Assembly (NCBI GenBank): GCA_037141235.1
Contig: JBAXCY010000001.1
Span: forward strand, 1-55,560
DNA from: Acidimicrobiales bacterium
GTDB lineage: Bacteria > Actinomycetota > Acidimicrobiia > Acidimicrobiales > RAAP-2
Length of the DNA: 55,560 nt
Direction of reading: 5' to 3'
Shown here one piece after another: positions 25,903 to 38,024 of this stretch (its first letter is position 1; each line of letters starts with the position of its first letter). The notes beneath the pieces are model-generated. The model was not told where the DNA came from. It searched no databases and saw only the letters and a list, made by a program, of their open reading frames with translations. Both the position numbers and the translations under genes were made by a program.

Positions 25903-27144
25903 ATGGTGACCGACGTGCCGACGGTCGAACCGGGGCGCTCGCGTCCTCGCGTAGCCGTCCTCTGCCCATCTTGGGAGTCTCGGTCTGAAGAAGGTTGGGT
26001 GACCCGTCAGGTGGCGGGGTCCCTGGCGTGCGTCGCTGAAGTACACATCATCACCCCACAAGGAAGTAGCGAAGGCGAGTCCACAGACAGCATCTTCGCC
26101 ATCCATCGCCTAGGAACTCCGATCGACCGGATCGCCGAGGCCCGCCGAGATCTGCTGATCGAAGGACTATGGGCGGCATCTGCAATGGGGAGAGTTGACG
26201 TTCCCCTGACGCTGGCGGGTCAGCTCGAGCAAGGGCTGACCGAATCGTGGCAAGGGGCCGTCGCCGTACTCGACAACATCCGCCCTGACCTCGTAGTCAT
26301 AGCGGGGCATCGCTCGATGGGCGCTCTGGCCGCACTCGACCGGCACGATCCCCTGGTTCCCCTCACGCTCCTGGCCATAGGAGTTCGCGAGGACAGCATC
26401 GCTTCCTCTCATTTCGAACCGATCTTCGCTCGAGCCAGCCAGATCCTGGCCATCACCGAATCCGAGCGGAATCTCATCGTCGATCACCACGGACGCCCGG
26501 ATACGGTGCACCGGATCGGTGCCCCACTAGCGGCCAATCCAAGTGCCCTCAGCGAGCCCAACACCTGGGTCGGGGACACCGACTACATCCTGGTGCTCAC
26601 CGGTGTTGATTCAGACAACCTGGGCGAGCTCGAAAGTGAGCTCAGTCGAATCATCAGGTACCGATTTCCCGACCGGCCCGTGGGGATCTCCTATAGCGAT
26701 GCCTTCTGCGCCTGGCACGAGGGGCGTGTCAACAGCGGCTGGCCGATCGAGCGCTCCAGTGACATGGCTCGCCTGTTGGCCTTTGCCAGAGTGACGGTCG
26801 ATCTGCGTCCCGGTCGATTGTTCGCCCGGCGGTGCGTGGACTCGCTTCTCTATGGGACCCCTATCGTCGTGCCCCATGACAGTCGGGCCCGAGAGCATGC
26901 ACAGCGAGGTCGTGGCGGTCTGTGGTTCGAGAGCCCAGCAGAGTTGACTTGGTGCATCGAGTCGCTCCTGGAGTCGCCTACTCACGACAGCTTCAGTGCA
27001 CAAGGGCGCGCCTACGCTGAAGAGGAGTACGGATCGACCGATGCGTTCATCGATCGAGTCAACCGGGCCTGCGGCCTCGCCCCTGTCGATGCAGCGCTAC
27101 CGGACATGTCGGGACGCTCAGGCATTGTGGGAGCATCGGCCTGA
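25903..27144 (+). CDS. GT-B fold glycosyltransferase (GT4/GT1-like, divergent)
   Basis: Start at 'MVTDVPTVEPGRSRPRVAVLCPSW'. C-terminal 'LLYGTPIVVPHDSRAREHAQRGRGGLWFESPAELTWCIESLL' resembles the GT1 nucleotide-sugar-binding half, but the usual EX7E glutamates are not obvious. Confidence 0.6.
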   Translation: MVTDVPTVEPGRSRPRVAVLCPSWESRSEEGWVTRQVAGSLACVAEVHIITPQGSSEGESTDSIFAIHRLGTPIDRIAEARRDLLIEGLWAASAMGRVDVPLTLAGQLEQGLTESWQGAVAVLDNIRPDLVVIAGHRSMGALAALDRHDPLVPLTLLAIGVREDSIASSHFEPIFARASQILAITESERNLIVDHHGRPDTVHRIGAPLAANPSALSEPNTWVGDTDYILVLTGVDSDNLGELESELSRIIRYRFPDRPVGISYSDAFCAWHEGRVNSGWPIERSSDMARLLAFARVTVDLRPGRLFARRCVDSLLYGTPIVVPHDSRAREHAQRGRGGLWFESPAELTWCIESLLESPTHDSFSAQGRAYAEEEYGSTDAFIDRVNRACGLAPVDAALPDMSGRSGIVGASA

Positions 27145-27162
27145 TCTTCTGGCCCGTGGCGT

Positions 27163-28152
27163 TCAGTACTCCCGTGCGGCCACCTGACTCGCCACCAACC
27201 CATCCAGGATGTCAGCCTCGGACACTAGGCACTCGGCGAAACCGAACCGCCGCATGACAGCATCCAGGATCATGGCTCCCCCGACGATCACGTCCTCGCG
27301 TCCAGCCGTCATGCCGGGTCGGGCCAGGCGGTCTGCCGCTGACTCTGACGCCAGACGCTGGAACCACTGCTCGACGTCGCCAGAGTGCATCACGGAGTGG
27401 TGGATCTGGTCCCTGTCGTACTCGACCATGCCTAAGTGAAGTGATGCCAGGGTCGAGACCGTCCCGGCTAGACCCACGAGCCGATGCGTGGCGGGGTACC
27501 TCGGGTGAGCATTGATGGCCACCTCGATCTGGGCACTGACCTCGGCCGCCGCCTGATCTAGTTCGTCTCGGGTCGGCGGGTCACTGCGCAAGAACCGTTC
27601 GGACACCCGCACGCAGCCCAGTTGCAGCGACACCGCTGCCAACTTCGGATCGTCCGGACCATCTCCGGCCACCAGTTCGGTAGAACCCCCACCGATGTCG
27701 AGCACCAGGAACGGACCGTCAGCCAGGTCGAGATCGGCGACTGCGCCGGCCAATGAGAGGCGCCCCTCGTCGATCCCAGTCAGGAGTTCCGGCGTCAATC
27801 CGGTGATCTCCCCCGCTGCCTGAAGGAACGCCGAGCCGTTGGCCGCATCCCGGGCCGCCGAAGTGGCGGCCAGCCTGCCTCGCTCCACCCCAAGCCCATC
27901 CATCACTGTACGGAACTCGGCCAGTACCCCCAGGCACCGCTCAATGGCATCGGGCGCCAGTCGTCCGGTCGAGTCGACCCCCTGTCCGAGTCGGGTGATT
28001 CGCATCAGGCGCTCCATCGGGTGCCCGTCGGCGTCGGCCACGAGCAGCCGGGTGGAGTTGGTGCCGCAGTCGATGGCGGCGATGGCGGCTCCTGTGACCT
28101 TGTCGGCTCCTGTGACCTTGTCGGCTCCTGTGTCCATGGACCTTGCTACCAC
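27163..28152 (-). CDS. ppx: Ppx/GppA family exopolyphosphatase
   Basis: 'AAIDCGTNSTRLLVAD', 'LVLDIGGGSTELV' and 'GLAGTVSTLA' are ASKHA phosphatase motifs. Synteny with DUF501, ftsB and eno. The start could be the ATG at 28137. Confidence 0.85.
   Translation of the reverse strand: MVARSMDTGADKVTGADKVTGAAIAAIDCGTNSTRLLVADADGHPMERLMRITRLGQGVDSTGRLAPDAIERCLGVLAEFRTVMDGLGVERGRLAATSAARDAANGSAFLQAAGEITGLTPELLTGIDEGRLSLAGAVADLDLADGPFLVLDIGGGSTELVAGDGPDDPKLAAVSLQLGCVRVSERFLRSDPPTRDELDQAAAEVSAQIEVAINAHPRYPATHRLVGLAGTVSTLASLHLGMVEYDRDQIHHSVMHSGDVEQWFQRLASESAADRLARPGMTAGREDVIVGGAMILDAVMRRFGFAECLVSEADILDGLVASQVAAREY
28087..28132. repeat. 18-bp in-frame tandem repeat (about 2.5 copies) at the ppx N-terminus
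   Basis: ggctcctgtgaccttgtc repeated. Encodes GADKVT GADKVT GA. Confidence 0.85.
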
Positions 28153-28180
28153 GCGCCACGCAGTGCGTCATGTCCGAGCT

Positions 28181-28659
28181 TCAGGCCGGGTGCAGCCCGA
28201 TCTGGCGGGCCGTCCACTCCCCTACCGGGTCGTCGGCACCGGTCAGCCACCAGGCCAGGTGGGCATGCAGGCACTTCACCCCTTGCCGGGTACCCCCCAC
28301 TCCACCCGAGGGTCGGGGCCCCACGTGGTCATGGTCGATTAGCGCATCGCGCTCGGCGGCATAGAGGGCGTGGGATGCAGCTATTCGTTCGGCCGAAATG
28401 GCGGCCTCGGCGGCCCGCACTCCACCGGTCGACTCCAAACGGCTCACCACGTCGTGGAGGTGCGGGTCGCACAGCCAGTACCGGGTAGGCATGGGGGTCC
28501 CATCATCCAAGAATGGCGCGTTGGCGATGACCGCCGGTGTCCCATCCTCAGAACGAACCACGACTTCGAAGGCTCCAGCCGGGGTGCGCCCGAGCAACTT
28601 CGCCACCACGGCTCTGTCGTCCATCAGCTCCACGGCCGGTGTGTCCGCCTCGGCGGGGG

Positions 28660-28663
<4 letters not shown>
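28181..28663 (-). CDS. DUF501 domain protein
   Basis: 160 aa. Cys/His-containing 'RYWLCDPHL' and 'GGVGGTRQGVKCLHAHLAWWL'. Sits in the conserved actinobacterial position between ftsB-like and ppx. 4-bp overlap with the upstream gene. Confidence 0.7.
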
Positions 28664-30947
<2,284 letters not shown>

Positions 30948-31047
30948 TCACTCCTGCTCTTGGTGTCGCAAACGCTACCACCCAGATAGCGGCGGACCAG
31001 GGAATTCGTTGGCAATTCGTCGCCCGTGGCCACCAGTGGTCGGCGAC

Positions 31048-32490
31048 TCAGCCCTGTGCTTCGACCTCACTGCGGAACGCACGGGCCCGAGCCAGCAGCG
31101 CCATCTCCGGATCCACCCCAAGCGCCCGGGCCACTCCAGTGGCGGCAAAGAGCAGGTCTCCCACGGCCTCAGCACGGTCCCGGGCCCCACCCTCGCCGTC
31201 GGCCAGCCGGTCAGATTCCGGGTCGGTGCGGCTCAGGGCAGCCACGGACTCGGCCACCCGGACGGCGTCCTCGGCCAGTCCGGGAAGGACCATCCCGATA
31301 GCCACCGCCTTGCGCTGGAGCTTGGCTGCCAGGGCGAGTGACGGCAGAGCGGCAGGGATGCCCTCGGTGACACTGGTGCGGCCCTTTTCGACCTTTTTGA
31401 TGGCCTCCCAGTTGACGGCCACATCATCGGCCGTCTCGGCTGTCACGTCGCCGAACACGTGGGGATGCCTGCTCACCAACTTGTCGTGGACCCCTCGGGC
31501 CACATCGGCCAACGTGAACCGTCCCTGCTCGGCGGCGAGGGCGGCATGGAAGTAGACCTGGAAGAGCAGGTCCCCCAACTCCTCTTCGAGGTCGGCCACG
31601 GCCTTCGTCTCCTGGTCCGCCACCTCAGGGCCCTCGGCCCCGGAGTCGATATCGGCATCCACGCCAGACAGGGCATCGATCGACTCGAGGACCTCGTAGG
31701 ACTCTTCCAACAGATGTCGGCTGAGGGATGCGTGCGTCTGGCGCTGATCCCAGGGGCACTGCTGGCGAAGCGTGCGGACCAGTTCGTCGAGAGCCACCAG
31801 CTCAGATGCGACCGGAGACTCCAACTGCGGGATCCACAGCGACGTCAGGTGATCGGGCTCGAACGACCGGTCGATGTCGGCCCACGCCTCGTTCCATACC
31901 CGCTCATCAGGAAGGCCCAGGTGGTGGAGGATGGTCACCGGTCGCTCAGGGGGTGACTCCACCGACAGCTTGACGTCGGAGAGGACCTGACGGCTCCAGC
32001 ACTGGGCGACAAGGAGAGGACCGCGCTGACCAGCGGCGTCGATGGCGAACCGCTCGGCATCGACGATGCGCACGCCCGTAGCCACCGGGTCCACGCCGAG
32101 CCGGGCAAAGGCCAGGTCGAGGAAGGACACCGACGGGTGGACCTCGACGGTCACCTGCCCGGACACCACTCGCGGATCAGCAGCCAGCAGCACGACGGTG
32201 CGCTCCGCCACGGTGGGCGATCCGGGAACGGCATAGACGACGGGTCCCCCGACCACAGCCGCATCGACCAGATCGGCCACGATGAGGCGGTAGACGTCAT
32301 CGAACGTGTCGAGACGCTCATAGTGGTGATCGAACGACCGGGCATCAGGGAAGGCTGTTGCGGCCGGGTGACGGGTCGTGCGCAGATAGACCTGTGCGGC
32401 GGTGCGCAGCAGTTCGGTGGTGCCCGCGGTGATCAGGTCGCGGCCAGCCGGACCGAGGCCGACCACATCGATGCGGGGGCCGCCGTCCAT
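31048..32490 (-). CDS. mazG: MazG nucleoside triphosphate pyrophosphohydrolase fused to an N-terminal tetrapyrrole-methylase-like domain (YabN-type)
   Basis: N-terminus 'IDVVGLGPAGRDLITAGTTELL'. MazG repeats 'EESYEVLESID...LEEELGDLLFQV' and 'AVGDLLFAA'. Downstream of mfd, as in actinobacteria. Confidence 0.8.
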   Translation of the reverse strand: MDGGPRIDVVGLGPAGRDLITAGTTELLRTAAQVYLRTTRHPAATAFPDARSFDHHYERLDTFDDVYRLIVADLVDAAVVGGPVVYAVPGSPTVAERTVVLLAADPRVVSGQVTVEVHPSVSFLDLAFARLGVDPVATGVRIVDAERFAIDAAGQRGPLLVAQCWSRQVLSDVKLSVESPPERPVTILHHLGLPDERVWNEAWADIDRSFEPDHLTSLWIPQLESPVASELVALDELVRTLRQQCPWDQRQTHASLSRHLLEESYEVLESIDALSGVDADIDSGAEGPEVADQETKAVADLEEELGDLLFQVYFHAALAAEQGRFTLADVARGVHDKLVSRHPHVFGDVTAETADDVAVNWEAIKKVEKGRTSVTEGIPAALPSLALAAKLQRKAVAIGMVLPGLAEDAVRVAESVAALSRTDPESDRLADGEGGARDRAEAVGDLLFAATGVARALGVDPEMALLARARAFRSEVEAQG

Positions 32491-32498
32491 GTCGTCGG

Positions 32499-33707
32499 TC
32501 AGCCTGCCGCGGTACCAGCGGTCGCGGCACCACCTGCACCGGCACCAGCACCACCGGCACCGGCACCGGCACCGGCACTACCAGGCACTGCGCCCGATGT
32601 CTTGGCTGGTGCCGTCAGCGGCGACGGCTGCAGATAGCGCGGGTCGGGTGTGGGCGGGGCCGTGATCTTGACGCCGGTCCACGTTCCATACTGGGCATTG
32701 ACCGCTATCGACGAGTGGCGGGCGAATGCCAAGAGTTCCGTCGTCACCCGCTTGATATTGGCCGCCGTGTGCAAGAGCTGCTGGCGGACCAGCGATGCCG
32801 CCGAACTCAGCGGCTCCACCTTCTGGCTGGTGACCTCGTAGATCACCCAACTCCCGTTGGCAGTCTGGATGGGGGTGACCGGCTGGCCCACGGTCACCGA
32901 GCTCAGCTGCAACGCCTGCAGCACGCGCGCCTCGGTGAAGTTGCAGCCCAGTTGGCCCCCGGTCGACGCTGTCTGGGTATCGATGGACACCTTGGTGGCC
33001 AGGGCATCGAAGGCAGCCCCACCGTTGAGGTCGATGACCACCTGGTCGGCTTCGGCCTGGGTGGCCGTGGCGATGTCGCTCACGCAGTCGATGGTGAACA
33101 GGTCCCGATGGGCGTCGTAGTACTGCTTGACGGCCGCATCCGACTGATCCGACCCCAAGGCCAGCAGTCGGTTATCGACGGCCTGGTTGGCCAGCTCTAT
33201 CGAGCGCAGGCTCTCGGGTAATGCGGCCAACAGGGTCTGGCCGGTATAGGGGCGGCCATCGGACCGCTGGCACCGGGACAGCACCCCGGCGGCGGATGCC
33301 TGCTGCACCATGGCGGTGATCTCGCCGCTCAGACTCGACGTGTAGCTGCTCTGGGAGGTCGCCAGATCTGAACCCGAGAGGCGGATGTGGCGGGTAGCGG
33401 CAAACTGCGCGGCCACCAGGTTGCCCACCGAGTTACTGAGGACGGCCCCGGCAAAGTTGGTCTGATAGGTGCCGCTGCCCCCGCTCCCCTCGCCGGAGAC
33501 GGTGAGCGCCTGGGGGTTCTGCAACTCGAGCAGGCACTGGCCGGCTTCGGTGCCGCTGAACGACTGGAGTTCGGTGTTGAGCGATGCCACCGTGACGGTG
33601 TCACCGTTCACCGTGGCCGCGATCGGTGTGGTGCCGCAGGCAGATGCCAGGGCTCCCACCATGAGAATGGCTGTGGCTGCGATCAGACCTGAAGAGATGC
33701 GGTTCAC
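32499..33707 (-). CDS. SurA/PrsA-like (parvulin-type PPIase-like) lipoprotein with a Gly/Ala-rich tail
   Basis: GTG start gives 'VNRISSGLIAATAILMVGALASACG' (lipobox LASAC). A parvulin-like segment lies near 'GQLGCNFTEARVLQALQ...ANGSWVIYEV'. C-terminal GAGAGAGGAGAGAGG. Confidence 0.6.
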   Translation of the reverse strand: MNRISSGLIAATAILMVGALASACGTTPIAATVNGDTVTVASLNTELQSFSGTEAGQCLLELQNPQALTVSGEGSGGSGTYQTNFAGAVLSNSVGNLVAAQFAATRHIRLSGSDLATSQSSYTSSLSGEITAMVQQASAAGVLSRCQRSDGRPYTGQTLLAALPESLRSIELANQAVDNRLLALGSDQSDAAVKQYYDAHRDLFTIDCVSDIATATQAEADQVVIDLNGGAAFDALATKVSIDTQTASTGGQLGCNFTEARVLQALQLSSVTVGQPVTPIQTANGSWVIYEVTSQKVEPLSSAASLVRQQLLHTAANIKRVTTELLAFARHSSIAVNAQYGTWTGVKITAPPTPDPRYLQPSPLTAPAKTSGAVPGSAGAGAGAGGAGAGAGGAATAGTAAG

Positions 33708-33777
33708 GGCGAAGATGCTAATAGCACTGCGCCAGCTCCTCTGATCGGCCACGTGGCGGCCGCCGAACGGGCATCCG

Positions 33778-36700
33778 TCAGTCGGCAGGCACCAGCTCGC
33801 GTAACAAGGCGACGAGTCCTGGGGCATAGCCCCCGCTCGACCGGTCCGGTGCCACCGGGAAGGTCAGCCGCTGGGCTTCGGGCTGGTAGGTGCCCCCGGG
33901 GGCAATCCGGCGCAGGCGCACCTCGGCCGATGCCGGCAAGGTAACTGGCGTCATCTTGACCACCGCACGTCCGCCCGGGCCACCACGAGGACCGAGGCCT
34001 TCGCCGGCGAACCGGGGTACCGACACCGACAGGTCGTTGATCCCCAGCCGGAGGCACTCGACCCGCAGCAGCGCTACCTCGAGCAGGGCCGTGGCCGGGG
34101 CGGGCAGCACACCGAACCGGTCCTGCCACTCGGAGCGAACATCTTCCACCTCGGCAATGGTGCGGACCGCCGACAGCCGGCGGTAGGCCTCGAGACGGAC
34201 ATCTTCGGCTTCGACGTAGTCCGGAGGCAGATGGGCGGCATCGGGCAGGTCGACCGACAGCTCGATTGGCTTGGGGCGGACTTCCCCCTTCAACTCCGAC
34301 ACCGCCTCGGACACCATCTGCACATACAGGTCGTACCCGATGGCGGCGATGTGGCCGGACTGGTCGCGCCCGAGCAGGTTCCCCGCACCCCGGATCTGCA
34401 GATCGCGCAGGGCGATCTTGAACCCCGAGCCGAGTTCGGTGTGATCACCGATGGTCCGCAGTCGCTCATAGGCCGTCTCCGACAGGACCTTGTCGGCCGG
34501 ATGGAACAGGTAGGCGTAGGCCCGCATGCCCGCCCTTCCGACACGGCCCCGCAGCTGATGGAGCTGACCCAGGCCGAGCAGGTCGGCCCGATCTACGACC
34601 AGCGTGTTGACCGAAGGCATGTCGATGCCGGACTCGACGATCGTCGTGCACACCAGCACGTCGTAGGAGCCCTGCCAGAAGTCGAGCACCACCTTTTCCA
34701 GGGTGCCTTCATCCATCTGCCCGTGGGCCACCGCCACCCGGGCCTCGGGGGCCATCTTCTGCACCCGCTTGGCCGTGGCATCGATGTCCTGGACCCGGTT
34801 GTGGACGTAGAAGACCTGCCCCTCGCGCAAGAGCTCTCGGCGGATGGCCTCAGAGGCCGCCGCTTCTTCGAACTCACCGACGTGAGTGAGGATGGGACGG
34901 CGGGCGGCCGGTGGGGTGTTGACCATCGACAGGTCGCGGATGCCGGTCAGGGCCATCTCGAGTGTGCGCGGAATGGGGCTGGCCGTCAAGGTGAGCACGT
35001 CGACCCCCTCGGCCATGGCCTTGATCGTCTCTTTGTGGGTAACCCCGAACCGCTGCTCTTCGTCGACCACTAGCAGCCCCAGCTTGGCGAAGGTGATGTC
35101 CTTGCCCAGCAGCCGGTGGGTCCCCACCACCACGTCGATCGAGCCGTCGGCCAGCCCGGCCATGACTTCGGCCGCCTGGGAGTTGGTCAGGAACCGGCTG
35201 AGGAGGGCGACCTTCACCGGGAAGGGCGCATACCGGTCGGCGAACGTCTGGGCGTGCTGGCTGGCCAACAGGGTGGTCGGGACCAGGATGGCCGCCTGGT
35301 AGCCGTCCTGAACGGCCTTGAACACGGCCCGGATGGCCACTTCGGTCTTACCGAAGCCCACATCGGCGCAGACCAGCCGGTCCATGGGGATCGGCCGCTC
35401 CATGTCGGCCTTGACGTCCTCGATGGCTCGCAGTTGATCGGACGTCTCCGTGAACGGGAACGACAGCTCCAACTCCGCCTGCCACGGGGTGTCAGGCCCA
35501 AAGGCATGCCCGGGGATCTCAAGACGTTTGCGATAGAGCTCGACGAGCTCCTCGGCGATCTCGTGGACCGCCGACCGGGCCTTGGACCGGGCCTTCTGCC
35601 ACTCGGATCCACCCAATCGACTCACCGACGGTGAGTCGCCCCCGGTATAGGGCGTGAGCAACTCGATCTGGTCGGTCGGCAAGTAGAGCCGATCGCCACC
35701 CCGGTACTCCAGCAAGAGGTAGTCGCGTGTGGCCCCGCCCATTGTCCGGGTCACCATGCCGCCGTAGCGGGCCACCCCGTGCTGGCGGTGGACGACGTAG
35801 CTGCCCGGGGCCAGATCGTCGAAGAACCCGTCGACGGGACGGGCCCTGGTGCGAGCCTGGCGATGGGGCCGCATCCGCCCGGTCACGTCGGACTCGGTCA
35901 GGACGGCCACTTTGCATCCCGGCAGGACGAACCCTCGGTCGACGGTGGCCACCACGATCTTCGCCCCGGCCACAGCGAGGTCGTCGCCCGGACTAGCCAC
36001 CGGGACCAGCAGTCGCTCCTCGGCCAGGAGGGCCGAGAGCCGGTCGGCCCCACCGGCCGTGGTCGAGCACAGCACGACGGCATAGCCAGCCTCGGACAGG
36101 GTCCGTACCTGGCTGGCTAGTCGGGTGCCGTCGCCCAAGATGGGCTCCCACCCGCGGCTTTCGATGTGCGGGGCATCCACGCCCTCGGGCGAGGGGACGA
36201 GGGAGACGACCGAGGCCGATGTGCCAGTCAGCAGCCGGTCGAAGGGTGTGTGCAGCCGAGGGGCATCGCCTCCGGCCAAGAGTCCCCATGTATCGGCCAG
36301 GGCATCGGCTAGGGCCGACTCCTCGTCGAGCAGTTCGCCCGCACGGTCACGCACTCGTCGGGGCTCGACCAGCACGACCTGTGCGTCGTCACCCAGGAGG
36401 TCGCACAGCAGTTCCTCGCCGTCGACCAGCCACGGGAGCCAGGACTCCATCCCGTCGAACAGTTCGCCGTGGGCGATCCGGTCCCACTGGTGGCGTCCCC
36501 ACGGAGCCGAGCCGACCAGTTCGCCAGCCCGCGCCCGCATGGCTTCGTCGGCCACCAGCTCGCGGCAGCCGAACAGTTCGACGGACTCCAGACTGTCGGT
36601 GGAGCGCTGGTCGGCCACGTCGAACCGGGTGAGACGGTCGACCTCGTCGCCCCACAGATCGATTCGTACCGGCTCGTCCGCCGTCGATGGAAAGACGTCC

Positions 36701-37287
36701 ACGATGCCACCGCGTACGGCCAGCTCCCCGCGGTGCTCGACGAGCGACTCGCGTCGATAGCCCATGGCGACCAGATCGGCCACCAGTTGATCGACCGCCA
36801 CGTGGTCTCCCCGCGACACCACCACCGGCCGGGCGGCAGTGCGCCACGGCCCCAATCGCTGCAGTAGGGCCTTGATCGGCGCCACCACGATGTCCGGCAC
36901 GGGAGCACCACTGCCTCCACCGAGGGCCCACAGGAGCTGCAGGCGCATCCCCATGGTGTGGACTTCGGGGCTGACCCGCTCGAACGGGAGGGTCTCCCAT
37001 GCCGGAAAGAGCTCGACCACCGGGGGCCGGTGCGATCCATCGGCGTCGTTCTCCCCTGCCCGGCCTTCGGCGAACACGGCGAGGTCGTGGGCCAGCTGCG
37101 ACGCCGCAGCAGCAGTCGGAGTGACCACCAGAACCGGACGTCTGGACCCGAGTCGGATCAGGCCGGCCAATACGAATGCCTGGGCCGGCGTGGAGACAGC
37201 CAGCGTGGCGCCCCTCGCACCGACCACCTGAGTCATAGCAGATTCGTTGCGCAGCAAAGCGGGAAGAGAGTGCAGACTCACCCGCAA
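33778..37287 (-). CDS. mfd: Transcription-repair coupling factor
   Basis: 1169 aa. Helicase motifs 'DVGFGKTEVAIRA' and 'VVDEEQRFGV'. Carries CarD/TRCF-type domains. Position between pth and mazG. Confidence 0.95.
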   Translation of the reverse strand: MRVSLHSLPALLRNESAMTQVVGARGATLAVSTPAQAFVLAGLIRLGSRRPVLVVTPTAAAASQLAHDLAVFAEGRAGENDADGSHRPPVVELFPAWETLPFERVSPEVHTMGMRLQLLWALGGGSGAPVPDIVVAPIKALLQRLGPWRTAARPVVVSRGDHVAVDQLVADLVAMGYRRESLVEHRGELAVRGGIVDVFPSTADEPVRIDLWGDEVDRLTRFDVADQRSTDSLESVELFGCRELVADEAMRARAGELVGSAPWGRHQWDRIAHGELFDGMESWLPWLVDGEELLCDLLGDDAQVVLVEPRRVRDRAGELLDEESALADALADTWGLLAGGDAPRLHTPFDRLLTGTSASVVSLVPSPEGVDAPHIESRGWEPILGDGTRLASQVRTLSEAGYAVVLCSTTAGGADRLSALLAEERLLVPVASPGDDLAVAGAKIVVATVDRGFVLPGCKVAVLTESDVTGRMRPHRQARTRARPVDGFFDDLAPGSYVVHRQHGVARYGGMVTRTMGGATRDYLLLEYRGGDRLYLPTDQIELLTPYTGGDSPSVSRLGGSEWQKARSKARSAVHEIAEELVELYRKRLEIPGHAFGPDTPWQAELELSFPFTETSDQLRAIEDVKADMERPIPMDRLVCADVGFGKTEVAIRAVFKAVQDGYQAAILVPTTLLASQHAQTFADRYAPFPVKVALLSRFLTNSQAAEVMAGLADGSIDVVVGTHRLLGKDITFAKLGLLVVDEEQRFGVTHKETIKAMAEGVDVLTLTASPIPRTLEMALTGIRDLSMVNTPPAARRPILTHVGEFEEAAASEAIRRELLREGQVFYVHNRVQDIDATAKRVQKMAPEARVAVAHGQMDEGTLEKVVLDFWQGSYDVLVCTTIVESGIDMPSVNTLVVDRADLLGLGQLHQLRGRVGRAGMRAYAYLFHPADKVLSETAYERLRTIGDHTELGSGFKIALRDLQIRGAGNLLGRDQSGHIAAIGYDLYVQMVSEAVSELKGEVRPKPIELSVDLPDAAHLPPDYVEAEDVRLEAYRRLSAVRTIAEVEDVRSEWQDRFGVLPAPATALLEVALLRVECLRLGINDLSVSVPRFAGEGLGPRGGPGGRAVVKMTPVTLPASAEVRLRRIAPGGTYQPEAQRLTFPVAPDRSSGGYAPGLVALLRELVPAD

Positions 37288-37346
37288 AGGGTACCGGGGA
37301 GTTGGTGGGGTCCCGATCGCCAGCCGCTCCTCCGACGTGGTCGGAC

Positions 37347-37973
37347 CTACTCGGCGGTGTTGATCCTGTTCATGGTGACCTCGACCCCGTGGGTGACGAT
37401 CAGTTCGATGGCATCGGCTGCCACCTCTGCAGCCACGGCGAGGTGCCCGCGCTCGTCGGCACCGGGCCGCTTGAGCACGTAGTCCGCACCGCTCTGGCGG
37501 CCAGGTGGCTTACCGATCCCGATCCGCACTCGCAGGTAGTCGGCGGTGTGGAGGTGGGCGTGGATGGACTTGAGTCCGTTGTTGCCAGCCGTGCCGCCCC
37601 CGGCCTTGACCTTGACTCGGCCCGAGGGCAGGTCGAGCTCATCGTGGATGATGACGAGACGTGCCGGCCAAGCCGGTCCCGAACCTGAAGTGGTGTCCTC
37701 GGCGTCGGCGTCGGCGTCGGCGTCGATCCCGGCCCGTCGTACAAGGGGAGCCACGGCCCGTCCCGACTCGTTCATGTAGGTGAGCGGGACGGCGCACAGC
37801 ACGGGATGCTCCGCTATGCGGATCTGCCCGACCCGGGCGTGGAGACCCTTCTCCAATTTGAGCGAGCCGTGGTGGCGGGCCACCAGGCGTTCGACGGCAT
37901 CGGCCCCGATGTTGTGGCGGGTGCCCTCGTATTCGGTACCCGGATTGCCGAGACCGACCACCAGCAGGTCCAT
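37347..37973 (-). CDS. pth: Peptidyl-tRNA hydrolase, with an acidic insertion
   Basis: 'LLVVGLGNPGTEYEGTRHNIG', 'LVIIHDELDLPSGRVKVKAGGG' and 'NGLKSI'. Insertion 'DADADADAEDTTSGSGP' is encoded by (ggcgtc)x4 at 37701-37724. Confidence 0.9.
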   Translation of the reverse strand: MDLLVVGLGNPGTEYEGTRHNIGADAVERLVARHHGSLKLEKGLHARVGQIRIAEHPVLCAVPLTYMNESGRAVAPLVRRAGIDADADADAEDTTSGSGPAWPARLVIIHDELDLPSGRVKVKAGGGTAGNNGLKSIHAHLHTADYLRVRIGIGKPPGRQSGADYVLKRPGADERGHLAVAAEVAADAIELIVTHGVEVTMNRINTAE

Positions 37974-38024
37974 GGTCGCACCCCGGCGGGGGCCGGCCGC
38001 CCCCTCGCGGCGGCGGAGCAGGGC

